A stretch of 64,000 nt of DNA from NCBI GenBank assembly GCA_965223325.1, contig CBDCWI010000001.1:192001-256000 (forward strand), in the 5' to 3' direction. The DNA is from Candidatus Multivoradales bacterium (GTDB taxonomy: Bacteria; Acidobacteriota; Thermoanaerobaculia; Multivoradales; Multivoraceae). The notes under the pieces were generated by a model that worked only from the letters and a program-made list of their open reading frames with translations, was not told the DNA's origin and did not search any database. Shown piece after piece: positions 1 through 9,753 of this stretch. Numbering within the stretch: position 1 is the stretch's first letter; every line of letters starts with the position of its first letter. The position numbers and the translations under genes are program-made.

Positions 1-635
1 CAGCCCGTCCCATGAGTGGAGCGGGTCGCGAGGCGGGGCCACGCGTAGCGATGGAAGCGCGCGCCGTCGAACAAGAGGTCGACGACCGGGTCCTCTTCGC
101 CGTGCCCGCCCTTGATGAGCGCCGCCGAGGCGACCTCTGAAAGTGCCCGCGCCGCTTCCCCGCGCTCGTTCATCGAGCTCACCGGAGAGTCGACGAGGAG
201 GGCTGCTTCGGGGAGGTTTGGAGTGACCAGGGTGGTGATCGGGAGCAGATGTTCGAGCAACGCTTGAGCGGTTTGAGCGTCACCCAGCGCGTCACCGGTC
301 TTGGCCACCATCACCGGGTCGACGACCAAGGGCAAGGGACCATGCACCCGAAGTCGATCAGCAACCACCCGCACGACCTCCGGCGCCCCCAGCATCCCCA
401 CCTTGACTGCATCGACGCCAATGTCTTCGAAGACGACGTCGATCTGGTCGGCGATCAGTGAGGGGTCGACGGCCTGGATCGAACGCACCTCGACCGTCGA
501 CTGCGCGGTGATCGCAGTGACGGCCGACATGCCGTGGCAGCCGAACGCCGCGAAGGTCTTGAGGTCCGCCTGGATCCCGGCACCGCCGCCGGAGTCCGAA
601 CCGGCGATGGTCAAGAGGCGCGGTGGCGTGTTCAT
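1..635 (-). CDS. thiD: Hydroxymethylpyrimidine/phosphomethylpyrimidine kinase (3' end runs off window)
   Basis: Not in the ORF track. Manual minus-strand translation from ATG 635 gives [28 protein letters not shown] and reaches THGTG(C) at the window edge; both are ThiD signatures. Confidence 0.95.
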   Translation of the reverse strand, partial: MNTPPRLLTIAGSDSGGGAGIQADLKTFAAFGCHGMSAVTAITAQSTVEVRSIQAVDPSLIADQIDVVFEDIGVDAVKVGMLGAPEVVRVVADRLRVHGPLPLVVDPVMVAKTGDALGDAQTAQALLEHLLPITTLVTPNLPEAALLVDSPVSSMNERGEAARALSEVASAALIKGGHGEEDPVVDLLFDGARFHRYAWPRLATRSTHGTG

Positions 636-801
636 CGCGGCTATACTCTCACCCATCGGTTCCCCTACAAGCCGCGGTCACATCTCTGGCCCTCGGGCTT
701 GGGAAGCGCACCCAAGACCCGGGCCCATCGAAGGGCTCTGATGGCGCTGGGCGAGTCGAACGTTCGCCGCCGGCCCACCTTTCCCCTTTCGATTCTGCCC
801 T

Positions 802-1914
802 GTGGTTGAACAAATGCTCTCTGACCTGGCTCGCGAACGCTTCGGAGCCCTAGAAAAGTACCTCGACAGCTGCGAGAAGAGCGGGCGCTGGCTGGTCCTC
901 ACGCACGACAATCCCGATCCTGACTCGCTGGCCGCCGCCGCGATCATGAAACGGGTCCTGCGAACGCGTTTCGGCCGTCGGGTCACCGCTGCCTATGGCG
1001 GCATCGTCGGTCGCGCGGAGAACTCGACCATGGTGTCGACGCTCGGTCTCGAACTCAGCCGCGTGCGACACGTGCAGTTCAGGAACTACAAACACTTCGT
1101 CCTCGTCGACACCCAGGCGCAGACCGGCAACAACCAACTGCCGACCGACATCGTCCCGGACATCGTTCTCGATCACCACCCCAAACGCAAGGCGACCCGC
1201 GACTCCCCGGTTGTCGACCTCCGCACCGACTACGGTGCCACCGCCACCATGGCGGCCGAGTACCTGCTGCTTTCGGGTCTCGAACCGACGCGCAAAGAGG
1301 CCACCGCGATCGTGTACGCGATTCGTAGCGAAACCCTCGACTTCAGCCGTGAGTCACCGGGACCGGATCGAGCGATCTATGATCACTTCTTCCAGATCGC
1401 CGACAAGCGCCTGCTCGGACGGATTCAGCGTCCGCGCCTGCCGGAGTCGTACTTCCGCACCCTGCACGATGCACTCCTAAACATGGAGATCGTCGACACC
1501 CTGGTGGTCAGCCACCTCGGCGCCGTGGATCAGCCAGACGCAGTGCCAGAAACCGCCGACCTCCTGCTGCGCATGGAGGGACGCACCTGGGCGCTGTGTA
1601 CGGGGCGCTACGAAGACCGCATCTACTGCTCGATTCGCACCACCAATCCGCGCGCCAACGCCGCCAACATCATGCGTCGGCTGCTCGGCCGGCGTGGCAA
1701 GGGCGGGGGCCACGACATGATTGCTGGAGGGTGGCTGCCCGAGGCCGACAACGACAGGGCAACTGCCGCACGCCAGGTCCAATTGGGGCAACGACTGGCG
1801 AAGCTCTTGCGCAAGAAGCCAGAACGGCTGACACCCCTCCTACAGCCTCCGGAAGCCGACGACCCAATACGCCCCGATGATGAATCCAGGGAAGAGCCAG
1901 CGGATGGAACGTAG
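802..1914 (+). CDS. DHH family phosphoesterase (NrnA-like, DHH + DHHA1)
   Basis: Motifs THDNPDPDS, LVDT, VLDHH, KGGGH. Start may be ATG 814. Confidence 0.9.
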   Translation: MVEQMLSDLARERFGALEKYLDSCEKSGRWLVLTHDNPDPDSLAAAAIMKRVLRTRFGRRVTAAYGGIVGRAENSTMVSTLGLELSRVRHVQFRNYKHFVLVDTQAQTGNNQLPTDIVPDIVLDHHPKRKATRDSPVVDLRTDYGATATMAAEYLLLSGLEPTRKEATAIVYAIRSETLDFSRESPGPDRAIYDHFFQIADKRLLGRIQRPRLPESYFRTLHDALLNMEIVDTLVVSHLGAVDQPDAVPETADLLLRMEGRTWALCTGRYEDRIYCSIRTTNPRANAANIMRRLLGRRGKGGGHDMIAGGWLPEADNDRATAARQVQLGQRLAKLLRKKPERLTPLLQPPEADDPIRPDDESREEPADGT

Positions 1915-2485
1915 AAGTTCGGCCGCCGGTGACCTCTGGCAGCAACTGCGCGGTCGCGTCGAGGTGCTCGCCGTTCTGTTCGCGGCCATGTGGATCATCT
2001 TTGCTCTCGACCGCTTCCTGCCCCTGGAGCGCTATGGGCTCCTGCCACGAACGGTACGCGGTCTGGTTGGCATTCTGGCCATGCCGTTCCTGCACGCCGA
2101 CCTCAGTCACATCATGTCCAACTCGGCTCCCCTGGTCGTTCTACTCCTCATCCTGGCCGCCACCCGGCCGCGCCCGTTCACCGCACTGTTCTGCACCCTC
2201 CTGGCCGGCGGAACCCTGCTCTGGCTCGGCGGCCGCACAGCCCTTCACATCGGAGCCAGCGGCCTGGTCTTCGGCCTGGTGACCTACCTCATGGTGGCCG
2301 GCTGGCGCGACGGCCGGGTTCTGCCTTGGCTCGCCGCGATCGCCGTCGGCATCGCCTACGGCGGCATGTTGTGGAGCGGAGTCCTGCCATGGCAAGTCGG
2401 CCACGGAGTCTCCTGGGACGGGCACCTGGCGGGTGCCATCGGCGGCGCAGCCGTCGGCGGCTACGAACGCCGCTGCGTCACCTGA
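1904..2485 (+). CDS. Rhomboid family intramembrane serine protease
   Basis: Multiple TM segments, PFLHADLSHIMSN, catalytic GASG, C-terminal WDGHLAG. Overlaps the upstream stop. Confidence 0.9.
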   Translation: MERRSSAAGDLWQQLRGRVEVLAVLFAAMWIIFALDRFLPLERYGLLPRTVRGLVGILAMPFLHADLSHIMSNSAPLVVLLLILAATRPRPFTALFCTLLAGGTLLWLGGRTALHIGASGLVFGLVTYLMVAGWRDGRVLPWLAAIAVGIAYGGMLWSGVLPWQVGHGVSWDGHLAGAIGGAAVGGYERRCVT

Positions 2486-2697
2486 CCCTCCCGCCGCCAT
2501 CCGCACGGCAGACCCGAGTGGGGACTCTGGGCGGGGCCCGCAATTTCGGCGGATCTTCCGTTCCGGCGCGAAGTGTTGGGGGGGCAATGCGCCTCGGGCG
2601 ACACTCCCTACAAGGCAGAACATGTCCGTGTCGCGATTTCAACGCCACCTTTTCGCACCCCCTTCACTTGACGGCCACTCTTTCTGGAGCCACTCCC

Positions 2698-3621
2698 ATG
2701 TCCATCAACGTTGCCTACCGCTCGCAGGTCTGGAGTCCAGACCGTAATCGCCCCACCGCCACCGCTGAGCCACCGGCAGAAGCCCCGCAGCGATTCCCCG
2801 CGACCACCGAGCCCGCGACCGAAGATCACTTCGAATCCACGACGCATTTGCGTCAACTGGTTACCTCAGCCCACGCCGCTACCAGTCCCCTCGCGGTGGC
2901 CTATGAGGCCGACGTTCACTTCGCCGAGACCTACTACCTCGCCAGGAGCGCTGGCTTCAGAGACCCGATTGCTCGAGCGATCGCCGAAGGCACGCAGAAG
3001 CCCGACCGCGACTACCGCAGCCCGGTGCCGTTGGGTAAGGAGTACCTCAAGAACGGAGCCCTTCTCGCCGCCCTGCCTCCAACTGCCGCTGGACCACGTG
3101 CACGGCTGCTGGCGCGCCAGGAAGTGATCCGCACCCTGATGCGCGAGTGGCACTTTCTCGACGACCCGAACTCGAAAGTCATCCGCCCCGGCAACGCCAC
3201 CGCGCTCGCCAAAGTACAGCGGGCGATGTCCGAAGACCCACGCACCTTCGGCGAAAGCCTGCACCCCTATCAGGACACCTGGAGCCATCAGGGGGAGCCG
3301 TCGCTGCTTTCGATCGGTCTTCCCGGCGGCCATCCGGGCAACCCCTTCTCGCACGACTGCGACCAGACCCACAACCACCCCGAGATCGCCCTCGAAGCCG
3401 CTGAAGCTACCTACGAACGGCTCCAGGAGTACGCAGCCCTGCACCCCGCCTACGTTACCGAGGAGCCGGCCTCATTCGAAGACATCCGGCCGACGCTCGA
3501 GAAGTTCATCGCCGCCGAAACCGAGACGGAGAAACTCGCGGTCGCGACCACCGAGATGGGACTGGATCTGCATGAGGCGACCCAGAACTTCATGAAACAC
3601 GACATGAGCCTGGACCACTAG
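2698..3621 (+). CDS. Hypothetical protein: Pro/Thr-rich leader plus DUF6765-like putative metal-dependent domain
   Basis: ATG 2698 preceded by ggag. Motifs YEADVHF-x2-TYYLA-x2-AGF, WHF, LHPYQDTWSH, GGH. The upstream part of the 543-aa track ORF overlaps the rhomboid gene and is not used. Confidence 0.7.
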   Translation: MSINVAYRSQVWSPDRNRPTATAEPPAEAPQRFPATTEPATEDHFESTTHLRQLVTSAHAATSPLAVAYEADVHFAETYYLARSAGFRDPIARAIAEGTQKPDRDYRSPVPLGKEYLKNGALLAALPPTAAGPRARLLARQEVIRTLMREWHFLDDPNSKVIRPGNATALAKVQRAMSEDPRTFGESLHPYQDTWSHQGEPSLLSIGLPGGHPGNPFSHDCDQTHNHPEIALEAAEATYERLQEYAALHPAYVTEEPASFEDIRPTLEKFIAAETETEKLAVATTEMGLDLHEATQNFMKHDMSLDH

Positions 3622-3665
3622 GAACCGGTGGTTCACCTCCCGCGACGCTGGTGCGCGGTTGGGAC

Positions 3666-5210
3666 CTACTCCCACTCGATCGTGCCAGGTGGCTTGCTGG
3701 TGACGTCGTAGACGACACGGTTGACCCCGTCGACTTCGTTGACAATCCGGTTGGCGACCCGACCGAGGAGCTCATGGGGCAGCTGGCACCAGTCGGCAGT
3801 CATGAAGTCCTCGGTCTCGACGGCCCGCAGGGCAACGACATCGGCGTAGGTCCTGAAGTCACCCATGACGCCTACGGTCTTGATGGGAAGAAGCACCGCC
3901 AGGGCTTGGCTGGTGCGATCGTAGAGACCGGCGGCACGCAGCTCTTCGAGAAAGATCGCGTCGGCCTCTTGCAGCGTCGCAACCCGCTCGGCAGTGACCT
4001 CGCCGAGGATACGAACCGCGAGCCCTGGACCTGGGAACGGATGCCGGCCAATGAACTCTTCGGCCAGCCCGAGCTCGCGACCGAGCTGGCGGACCTCGTC
4101 TTTGAACAGAAAACGCAGGGGCTCGATGAGCTCGAAGCCGAGCTTCTCCGGCAATCCACCGACATTGTGATGCGTCTTGATGGTCGCCGAAGGCCCGTTG
4201 ACCGAAACCGATTCGATGACGTCTGGATAAAGCGTGCCCTGAGCGAGAAACTTCGCGCCCTCGATCTTTTTCGCCTCGCGCTGGAAGACATCGATGAAGG
4301 TGGCACCGATTGCTTTGCGTTTGGCTTCCGGTTCGGTCACCCCGGCGAGCTTGCCAAGGAACTCCTGGCGGGCGTCTACGACCACCACCGGCAGCCCCAG
4401 ACCGTCGCGCAGACTGGTGGTCACCTGCTCGCGTTCACCCTTGCGCAGCACGCCGTTGTCAACGAACACGGCGGTCAGTTGGTCACCGATGGCGCGCGAT
4501 AGAAGCGTCGCGACGACTGACGAGTCGACGCCACCCGAAAGGGCACACAAGACGCGCTCCGAACCAACCCGCGCCCGCACCTCAGCGGTGGCCTCCTCGA
4601 GGTAGTTCGACATCTTCCAGGCGCCCGTTGCACCGCAGGCGTCGAAGAGAAAGTTGCGGAGAATCTGGGTGCCACCAGCTGTATGGGTGACCTCGGGGTG
4701 GAACTGAATGCCAAATCGCTTCGCCGCCGGACTCTCGAAGGCGACGATCGGCGTACTTTCTGTGCTCGCCAGTACCGACCAGCCAGCCGGCGCGCCAACG
4801 ACCTTGTCTCCGTGGCTCATCCAAACCGTTTCCCGATCGGCGAGGCCGCTCAACAGATGCCCGCGCTCGCCCACCCCAATCTCGGTGCGCCCATACTCGC
4901 GCACTCCGTCGTGCGAGACCTCTCCACCACAGCGCAGAGCCATCAGCTGCATGCCGTAGCAGATTCCTAGAATGGGAACTGGCAGCTCCTCGAGCAACCC
5001 CTCGCGGGGATGAGGCGCACCATCGGCATACACCGAATCGGGCCCACCCGACAAGATGACGCCGATCGGGGCCCGCTTCTCGACCTCTTGCAGTGAGATG
5101 TCGAAAGGGTGGATCTCGCAGTAGACACCCTGTTCGCGCACCCGTCGGGCGATGAGCTGGGTGTACTGCCCGCCGAAATCGAGAACGAGGACGGTCTGGT
5201 GTTCGGACAT
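3666..5210 (-). CDS. guaA: GMP synthase (glutamine-hydrolysing)
   Basis: LDFGGQYTQLIARR, GICYGMQ, QFHPEV, SGGVDS, HPFPGPGL, KPPGTIEWE. Confidence 0.98.
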   Translation of the reverse strand: MSEHQTVLVLDFGGQYTQLIARRVREQGVYCEIHPFDISLQEVEKRAPIGVILSGGPDSVYADGAPHPREGLLEELPVPILGICYGMQLMALRCGGEVSHDGVREYGRTEIGVGERGHLLSGLADRETVWMSHGDKVVGAPAGWSVLASTESTPIVAFESPAAKRFGIQFHPEVTHTAGGTQILRNFLFDACGATGAWKMSNYLEEATAEVRARVGSERVLCALSGGVDSSVVATLLSRAIGDQLTAVFVDNGVLRKGEREQVTTSLRDGLGLPVVVVDARQEFLGKLAGVTEPEAKRKAIGATFIDVFQREAKKIEGAKFLAQGTLYPDVIESVSVNGPSATIKTHHNVGGLPEKLGFELIEPLRFLFKDEVRQLGRELGLAEEFIGRHPFPGPGLAVRILGEVTAERVATLQEADAIFLEELRAAGLYDRTSQALAVLLPIKTVGVMGDFRTYADVVALRAVETEDFMTADWCQLPHELLGRVANRIVNEVDGVNRVVYDVTSKPPGTIEWE

Positions 5211-5328
5211 GAAGGTAGGGCTCGGAATGGTTCGCCAGGAGCGAGTGATCGGTTCGCCCGACCATCTCACTAATGGCGGCCGACTACAACGCCCAATCCC
5301 GATCGGGCTGGTCCAACCACGGCGAGCG

Positions 5329-6369
5329 CTAGAAGACGGCTTCGTCCTTGAGATCACGCTGCATGAGCTCTTCAACGGCGGTGCGCGGCGCCTTGTCGTC
5401 GTAGAGCACCGCAACCATCTGCTGCGTGATGGGCATTTCCACGCCACGCTGACGGGCAAGGAGTGCAAGGGTGCGCGCGTTCTTGACCCCCTCGGCCACC
5501 ATCGAAGTGGCGGCCTGGATCTCTTCCAGGCTGCGGCCGCGGGCCAACTCGATCCCCGTCGAGCGGTTACGCGACAGGCCGCCGGTACAGGTCAAGACCA
5601 GATCGCCCATCCCCGCGAGCCCTGAGAAGGTGCGCTGACGGCCACCGGAGGCGAGGCCCAGCCGGGTGACTTCGTGCAGGCCGCGGGTCATGAGCGCAGC
5701 GAGGGTGTTCGAACCAAAGCCGAGGCCAGCGGCGCAACCCGAGGCAATCGCAATGACGTTCTTGGCGGTGCCGCCGATCTCGACCCCCACGACATCCGAA
5801 CTCGAGTAGAGCCTGAGGTTGTTGGCTGAAAACAAATCACGAATGCGTGCCGCGAGCCCGGCCTCTTCGGACGCCACCACCGCTGCAGTTGGCTGACCAC
5901 TGGCGAGCTCGGCCGCAAAGCTCGGCCCACTGACCACCGCGAAGTGGATCTCGCGGTTGACCGCCAGCCCCTCCTCGAAACACACCTGGCTCATCCGCGC
6001 GGTGGTTTCGGCCTCGATGCCCTTGGTCGCCGAGACCACGACCAGCGGTGTCGGAACCGCACCGCGCCGTGGTCCGGGATGGTGCTCGAGGTAGTCGCGC
6101 AAAACTGCCCGAAAGCCATGCGAGGGCACGACGACCAGCAGAACTTCGGCGTCGCCGAGGGTCGAGAGCTCCGAGGTCACGGCCAGACTCTCGGGCCAGA
6201 GAGCGTCGGGCAGGTAGCGCGAGTTGTGGCGCTCGGTCTCCAGGAGCGCGGCGAAGGCCGCGTCGCGTGCCCACAGCGTCACGCCAGGGTGGCTGCGGGC
6301 GAGGTGGACCGCGAGCGCGGTGCCCCATGAACCCGCCCCGAGGACGGCGATGGAGGTCGTTTCAGTCAT
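5329..6369 (-). CDS. gpsA: NAD(P)H-dependent glycerol-3-phosphate dehydrogenase
   Basis: GAGSWGTALA, SGPSFA, KNVIAIA, GMGDLVLTCTGGLSRN. Confidence 0.97.
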   Translation of the reverse strand: MTETTSIAVLGAGSWGTALAVHLARSHPGVTLWARDAAFAALLETERHNSRYLPDALWPESLAVTSELSTLGDAEVLLVVVPSHGFRAVLRDYLEHHPGPRRGAVPTPLVVVSATKGIEAETTARMSQVCFEEGLAVNREIHFAVVSGPSFAAELASGQPTAAVVASEEAGLAARIRDLFSANNLRLYSSSDVVGVEIGGTAKNVIAIASGCAAGLGFGSNTLAALMTRGLHEVTRLGLASGGRQRTFSGLAGMGDLVLTCTGGLSRNRSTGIELARGRSLEEIQAATSMVAEGVKNARTLALLARQRGVEMPITQQMVAVLYDDKAPRTAVEELMQRDLKDEAVF

Positions 6370-6411
6370 CTGAGTCTCGAGGGCGCTCGTTCCGCGGTCT
6401 TCTCTTTCGGC

Positions 6412-7098
6412 CTACACACCGGCATCTTCTTCCTCGAACGATTCCGCGTTGGCGCCATCGTCGAGCGTAACCTTTTCGCCGATCTTGTTTTCTTGACCGT
6501 CGATGAGCCGTGCCAGGTTGGCGCGATGTTTCCACACGACGAGCGCCGCGATCGTGGACGAGCCGGCGACCAGGGCGCGGTATCCGTCGGCCTCACTCTG
6601 TCCTGTCCAGCCGGCCAGTTCGAGGCCGAGTGCCAGCATCGGGAACGTGAATGCCGCCAGAATCGAGCCCAGCGAGACATAACGCGTGACAAGAACGACC
6701 ACTACGAAAACCGCCAGAGCACCGAGCGTCGCCAGGGGAATCAAGGTTCCGAGCGTGCCAGCGGCAGTGGCAACACCCTTGCCCCCTCGGAAGCCGAAGA
6801 ACAGCGGATAGACATGGCCGAGGACCGCCGCGAAGCCCACCGCCGCCACCACCACCGGCGACACCTCGAGGGCACGCGCCACCGCCACCGCCAATGCACC
6901 CTTCCCGGCATCGAGCAGCAGCGCGAGGAGAGCCGGCCCGCGTCCAGCGGTGCGCAGAACGTTGGTCGCACCGGCATTGCCGCTGCCCACGGTTCGAACG
7001 TCGATCCCTTTGAGCATTCGCACCAGCAGGTAACTGAATGAAATCGAGCCCAGCAGGTAGGCCAGGACGATGGGGATGATGTTCGCGAGGCTAGTCAC
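6412..7098 (-). CDS. plsY: Glycerol-3-phosphate 1-O-acyltransferase
   Basis: YLLGSI, GSGNAGATNVLR, GH-x2-P-x2-GFRGGKGVAT, KHRANLARL. Confidence 0.97.
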   Translation of the reverse strand: MTSLANIIPIVLAYLLGSISFSYLLVRMLKGIDVRTVGSGNAGATNVLRTAGRGPALLALLLDAGKGALAVAVARALEVSPVVVAAVGFAAVLGHVYPLFFGFRGGKGVATAAGTLGTLIPLATLGALAVFVVVVLVTRYVSLGSILAAFTFPMLALGLELAGWTGQSEADGYRALVAGSSTIAALVVWKHRANLARLIDGQENKIGEKVTLDDGANAESFEEEDAGV

Positions 7099-8472
7099 TT
7101 AGCGTGCCGCCTCCCCCGCTTCGCGGGCCGTCCCGACCTGGGGCATGTCCTCGAGACCGAGGACTCGCCGCCGTACCAGCTCGAGCGCCCACTGGGTCGT
7201 CAGGCGACGGATCATCTCGCGGTCGCCGGGAAAACGCGCCGCGTAGTGCGTCGTCGCTCGGCCATCGGCCGACGCCACCGCCAAGTGCACCCGGCCCACC
7301 GGTTTCTCGGCAGTCCCGCCGCCGGGTCCGGCAATACCGGTGATCGAGACGGCAAGGGCGCCGCCCAACGAACGAAGCGCCCCCTCTGCCATAGCGCGCG
7401 CTACCGGCTCCGAAACCGCACCATGCTCCGTCAGGAGCTCCTGCGGCACACCCAGTAAGTCCCGCTTGAGATCGTTGGTGTAGGAAACCACTCCACCAAG
7501 AAAGAACGCGCTCGACCCCGGAACCGCGGTCAAACGCCCGCCCAGTTGGCCACCGGTGCACGACTCTGCGGTGACCAGGGTGAGATCCGCCGCGCACAGC
7601 GCATGACCCACCGCATGCTCGAGGTCATAGGACGGCCGCTCGGGCCGACGGCCGGAAGTGAGTGGCTCGGCGGCGTCGAACATCGCATCACCCACGGCTT
7701 CGGCGAGCGCCTGGCGCAGCTCCTCGGTCTCTTGCTCTTCGCCCGGTCGTACGCGAATGCGAAGCCTGATGTCACCGGGAGGTGATGCCAGAACGGTCAG
7801 CCGGTGGCGCCCGAACTGTTGCCAGAGTTCACCGATTCTCTCTTCGACCAGCGACTCCGGGAGGCAGGCGACGCGCATCTCGACTTCCCATGCGGCGCGC
7901 GCTGGATCGCCATGGCGCTCGAGCCACTCGGCGACCGCCGTATCGACCAGTGCCTCGAACTCGTGGGGTACTCCGGGGAGGAGGAAGACCGTCGTGCCGT
8001 CGTGTTGAAGACTCTGCGCGGGCGCAGTGCCGTTGGGGTTGGGAATGACCGTCGCGCCCGCGATGACCTCGGCCTGGCGACGGTTCACCTCGGGCATCCT
8101 CCTTTCCATGCGGCGATAGCGGTCTTCGATCGCCGCCATGGCGCCGCCGTGGTGCTCGAGGGCTCGACCGGTCCAGCGCGCTACGGCTTCGCGCGTCAGG
8201 TCATCGGCCGTCGGTCCGAGACCACCGCTGACAACGATCAGTTCGGCGCGCTCGGCAAGGTTGGCAAGGGCGGCGGCAATCTCCAGGACGTCGTCGTCGA
8301 TCACCGACTTCTGCCCGAGAACGCACCCCGACTCGATGAGCCTACGGGTGAAGTGGAGGGAGTTGGTGTCGAGCCGTTCGGTTCCGAGGAGCTCAGAGCC
8401 CACCGCCAGGAAGGCGGCCCGGACCTGGGCCGTCGGGCGGTCGCTAGCCGTCGTCTCCACCTCTTGAGTCAT
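7099..8472 (-). CDS. cinA: Competence/damage-inducible protein A (MoCF domain + NMN deamidase domain)
   Basis: AVGSELL, DTNS, SGGLGPTADDLTRE, AESCTGG, SITGIAGPGGGT. Start placed at ATG 8472, overlapping the upstream stop. Confidence 0.95.
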   Translation of the reverse strand: MTQEVETTASDRPTAQVRAAFLAVGSELLGTERLDTNSLHFTRRLIESGCVLGQKSVIDDDVLEIAAALANLAERAELIVVSGGLGPTADDLTREAVARWTGRALEHHGGAMAAIEDRYRRMERRMPEVNRRQAEVIAGATVIPNPNGTAPAQSLQHDGTTVFLLPGVPHEFEALVDTAVAEWLERHGDPARAAWEVEMRVACLPESLVEERIGELWQQFGRHRLTVLASPPGDIRLRIRVRPGEEQETEELRQALAEAVGDAMFDAAEPLTSGRRPERPSYDLEHAVGHALCAADLTLVTAESCTGGQLGGRLTAVPGSSAFFLGGVVSYTNDLKRDLLGVPQELLTEHGAVSEPVARAMAEGALRSLGGALAVSITGIAGPGGGTAEKPVGRVHLAVASADGRATTHYAARFPGDREMIRRLTTQWALELVRRRVLGLEDMPQVGTAREAGEAAR

Positions 8473-9752
8473 CCAACGCGCAGCGAGGCCAGCACGATGC
8501 AGTCGCAGAGCAGCTCGGTTGCCGCTTCGACCTCCTCGAGCGGCGGCAGGCTGGGGGCCAGCCGCAGGTTCGAGTCGGTCGGGTCGTTGCCGTGCGGCCA
8601 GGTGGCACCAGCAGGCGTGAGCTTGACTCCGGCGTCTCTTGCCAAGTCGACAACCCGCTTCGCCTGACCGGGAAGCGTATCGAGCGACACGAAGTAACCG
8701 CCTGCCGGCCTCGTCCATCGAGCCAGTCCGGTCTCGCCGAGCCGGTCATCGAGGATGCGCGCAACGGCCTCGAACTTCGGGCGCAGAATGTCGGCATGGC
8801 GACGCATGTGGGCCTCGAGCCCAGACCGATCCTTGAAGAAGCGCACATGCCGCAGTTCGTTGAGCTTGTCGGGGCCAATCGTCTGGATCGAGCGCGCGTC
8901 GAGAATCCACTCGACGTTTCTGGGGCTCGCCGCAACGGCGGAAATGCCCGCGCCCGCCAACGAGATCTTGGATGTCGAGCCAAAGATCAAGGGGCGCTCC
9001 GCGTGACCCGCCTCGCTAGCAAGAGCCAGGATGTCTTCGAGGGTTGCTGTCTCATCGCCGAGCGAGTGGACGGCGTAGGCGTCATCCCAGAAGATGCGAA
9101 AGTCGGGCGCGGCGGCCTCCATCTCGGCAAGCGCCCGTACGACTTCCGGGCTGTAGACCTGGCCGCTCGGGTTGCTGTAGCGCGGCACGCAGAACATGCC
9201 CTTGGTGTTTTCGCTCTCGGTGACCAGCGCTCGCACCTGGTCAAGGTCGGGGCCGTCGTCGAGCAGCGGCACCGGCACCATCTCGATGCCGTAGCGCGCC
9301 AGGACCGAGAAGTGACGGTCGTAACCCGGGACCGGGCAAACGAATCGCACTGGGTCGCTGCTGGAGCCGCTGTCGACCCATGGTCCGCGACCATCGGGCA
9401 CGCCCTTGAGCAGAGCCTGCACCACAAGATCGTGCATCAGCTCGAGGCTCGAGTTGTTGCCGAGCACGATCTGCTCGGCGGGTTGGCCGAGTAGCGCGCC
9501 CATGAGCTCGCAGGCCTCGGGCAGCCCACGCAGGACACCATAGTTGCGGGCGTCGGTGCCGTCGCTGGCGACTGCGTTCTCCACCGTAACCGTCTCGAGC
9601 AGGCCTCGGGAGAGTTCGAGCTGGGCCGTGGACGGCTTACCGCGGGTCAAGTCGAGTGCCCGGCCACTGGCGGCGAAGGCGCGGTAGCTCGCCTCGGCTC
9701 TTTCGATCAGGGCTTGCCTGGTCTGCTCGTCGATGGCAGCGGTGGACGCCAT
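8469..9752 (-). CDS. PLP-dependent class I/II aminotransferase (actinobacterial aspartate aminotransferase-like)
   Basis: LDLTRGKP, RNYG, PGYDRHF, YSNPSG, WDDAY, STSKIS (PLP lysine), NLRLAP. Confidence 0.9.
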   Translation of the reverse strand: MASTAAIDEQTRQALIERAEASYRAFAASGRALDLTRGKPSTAQLELSRGLLETVTVENAVASDGTDARNYGVLRGLPEACELMGALLGQPAEQIVLGNNSSLELMHDLVVQALLKGVPDGRGPWVDSGSSSDPVRFVCPVPGYDRHFSVLARYGIEMVPVPLLDDGPDLDQVRALVTESENTKGMFCVPRYSNPSGQVYSPEVVRALAEMEAAAPDFRIFWDDAYAVHSLGDETATLEDILALASEAGHAERPLIFGSTSKISLAGAGISAVAASPRNVEWILDARSIQTIGPDKLNELRHVRFFKDRSGLEAHMRRHADILRPKFEAVARILDDRLGETGLARWTRPAGGYFVSLDTLPGQAKRVVDLARDAGVKLTPAGATWPHGNDPTDSNLRLAPSLPPLEEVEAATELLCDCIVLASLRVG

Positions 9753-9753
9753 C

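Noticed and set aside
636-800. TPP riboswitch upstream of thiD
   Set aside because: Only a TGAGA is present; no CTGAGA...ACCTGA...GCGNAGGGA core. The hairpins are explainable by GC content.
2500-2570. c-di-GMP-I riboswitch resemblance (CGCAC-GGCAGACC...CGCAA)
   Set aside because: Lacks GGCAAAC, the GNRA loop and the GACGCAAA spacing.
1990-2697. N-terminal 236 aa of the 543-aa track ORF
   Set aside because: Overlaps the rhomboid gene in another frame and is Arg/Pro/His-rich; the real start is probably ATG 2698.
3651-4502. 283-aa ORF antisense to guaA, and similar long antisense ORFs (e.g. 7804-8667, 19800-21203, 51768-53048, 54197-55549, 57480-58592)
   Set aside because: Shadow ORFs of high-GC coding strands, with no recognisable motifs.
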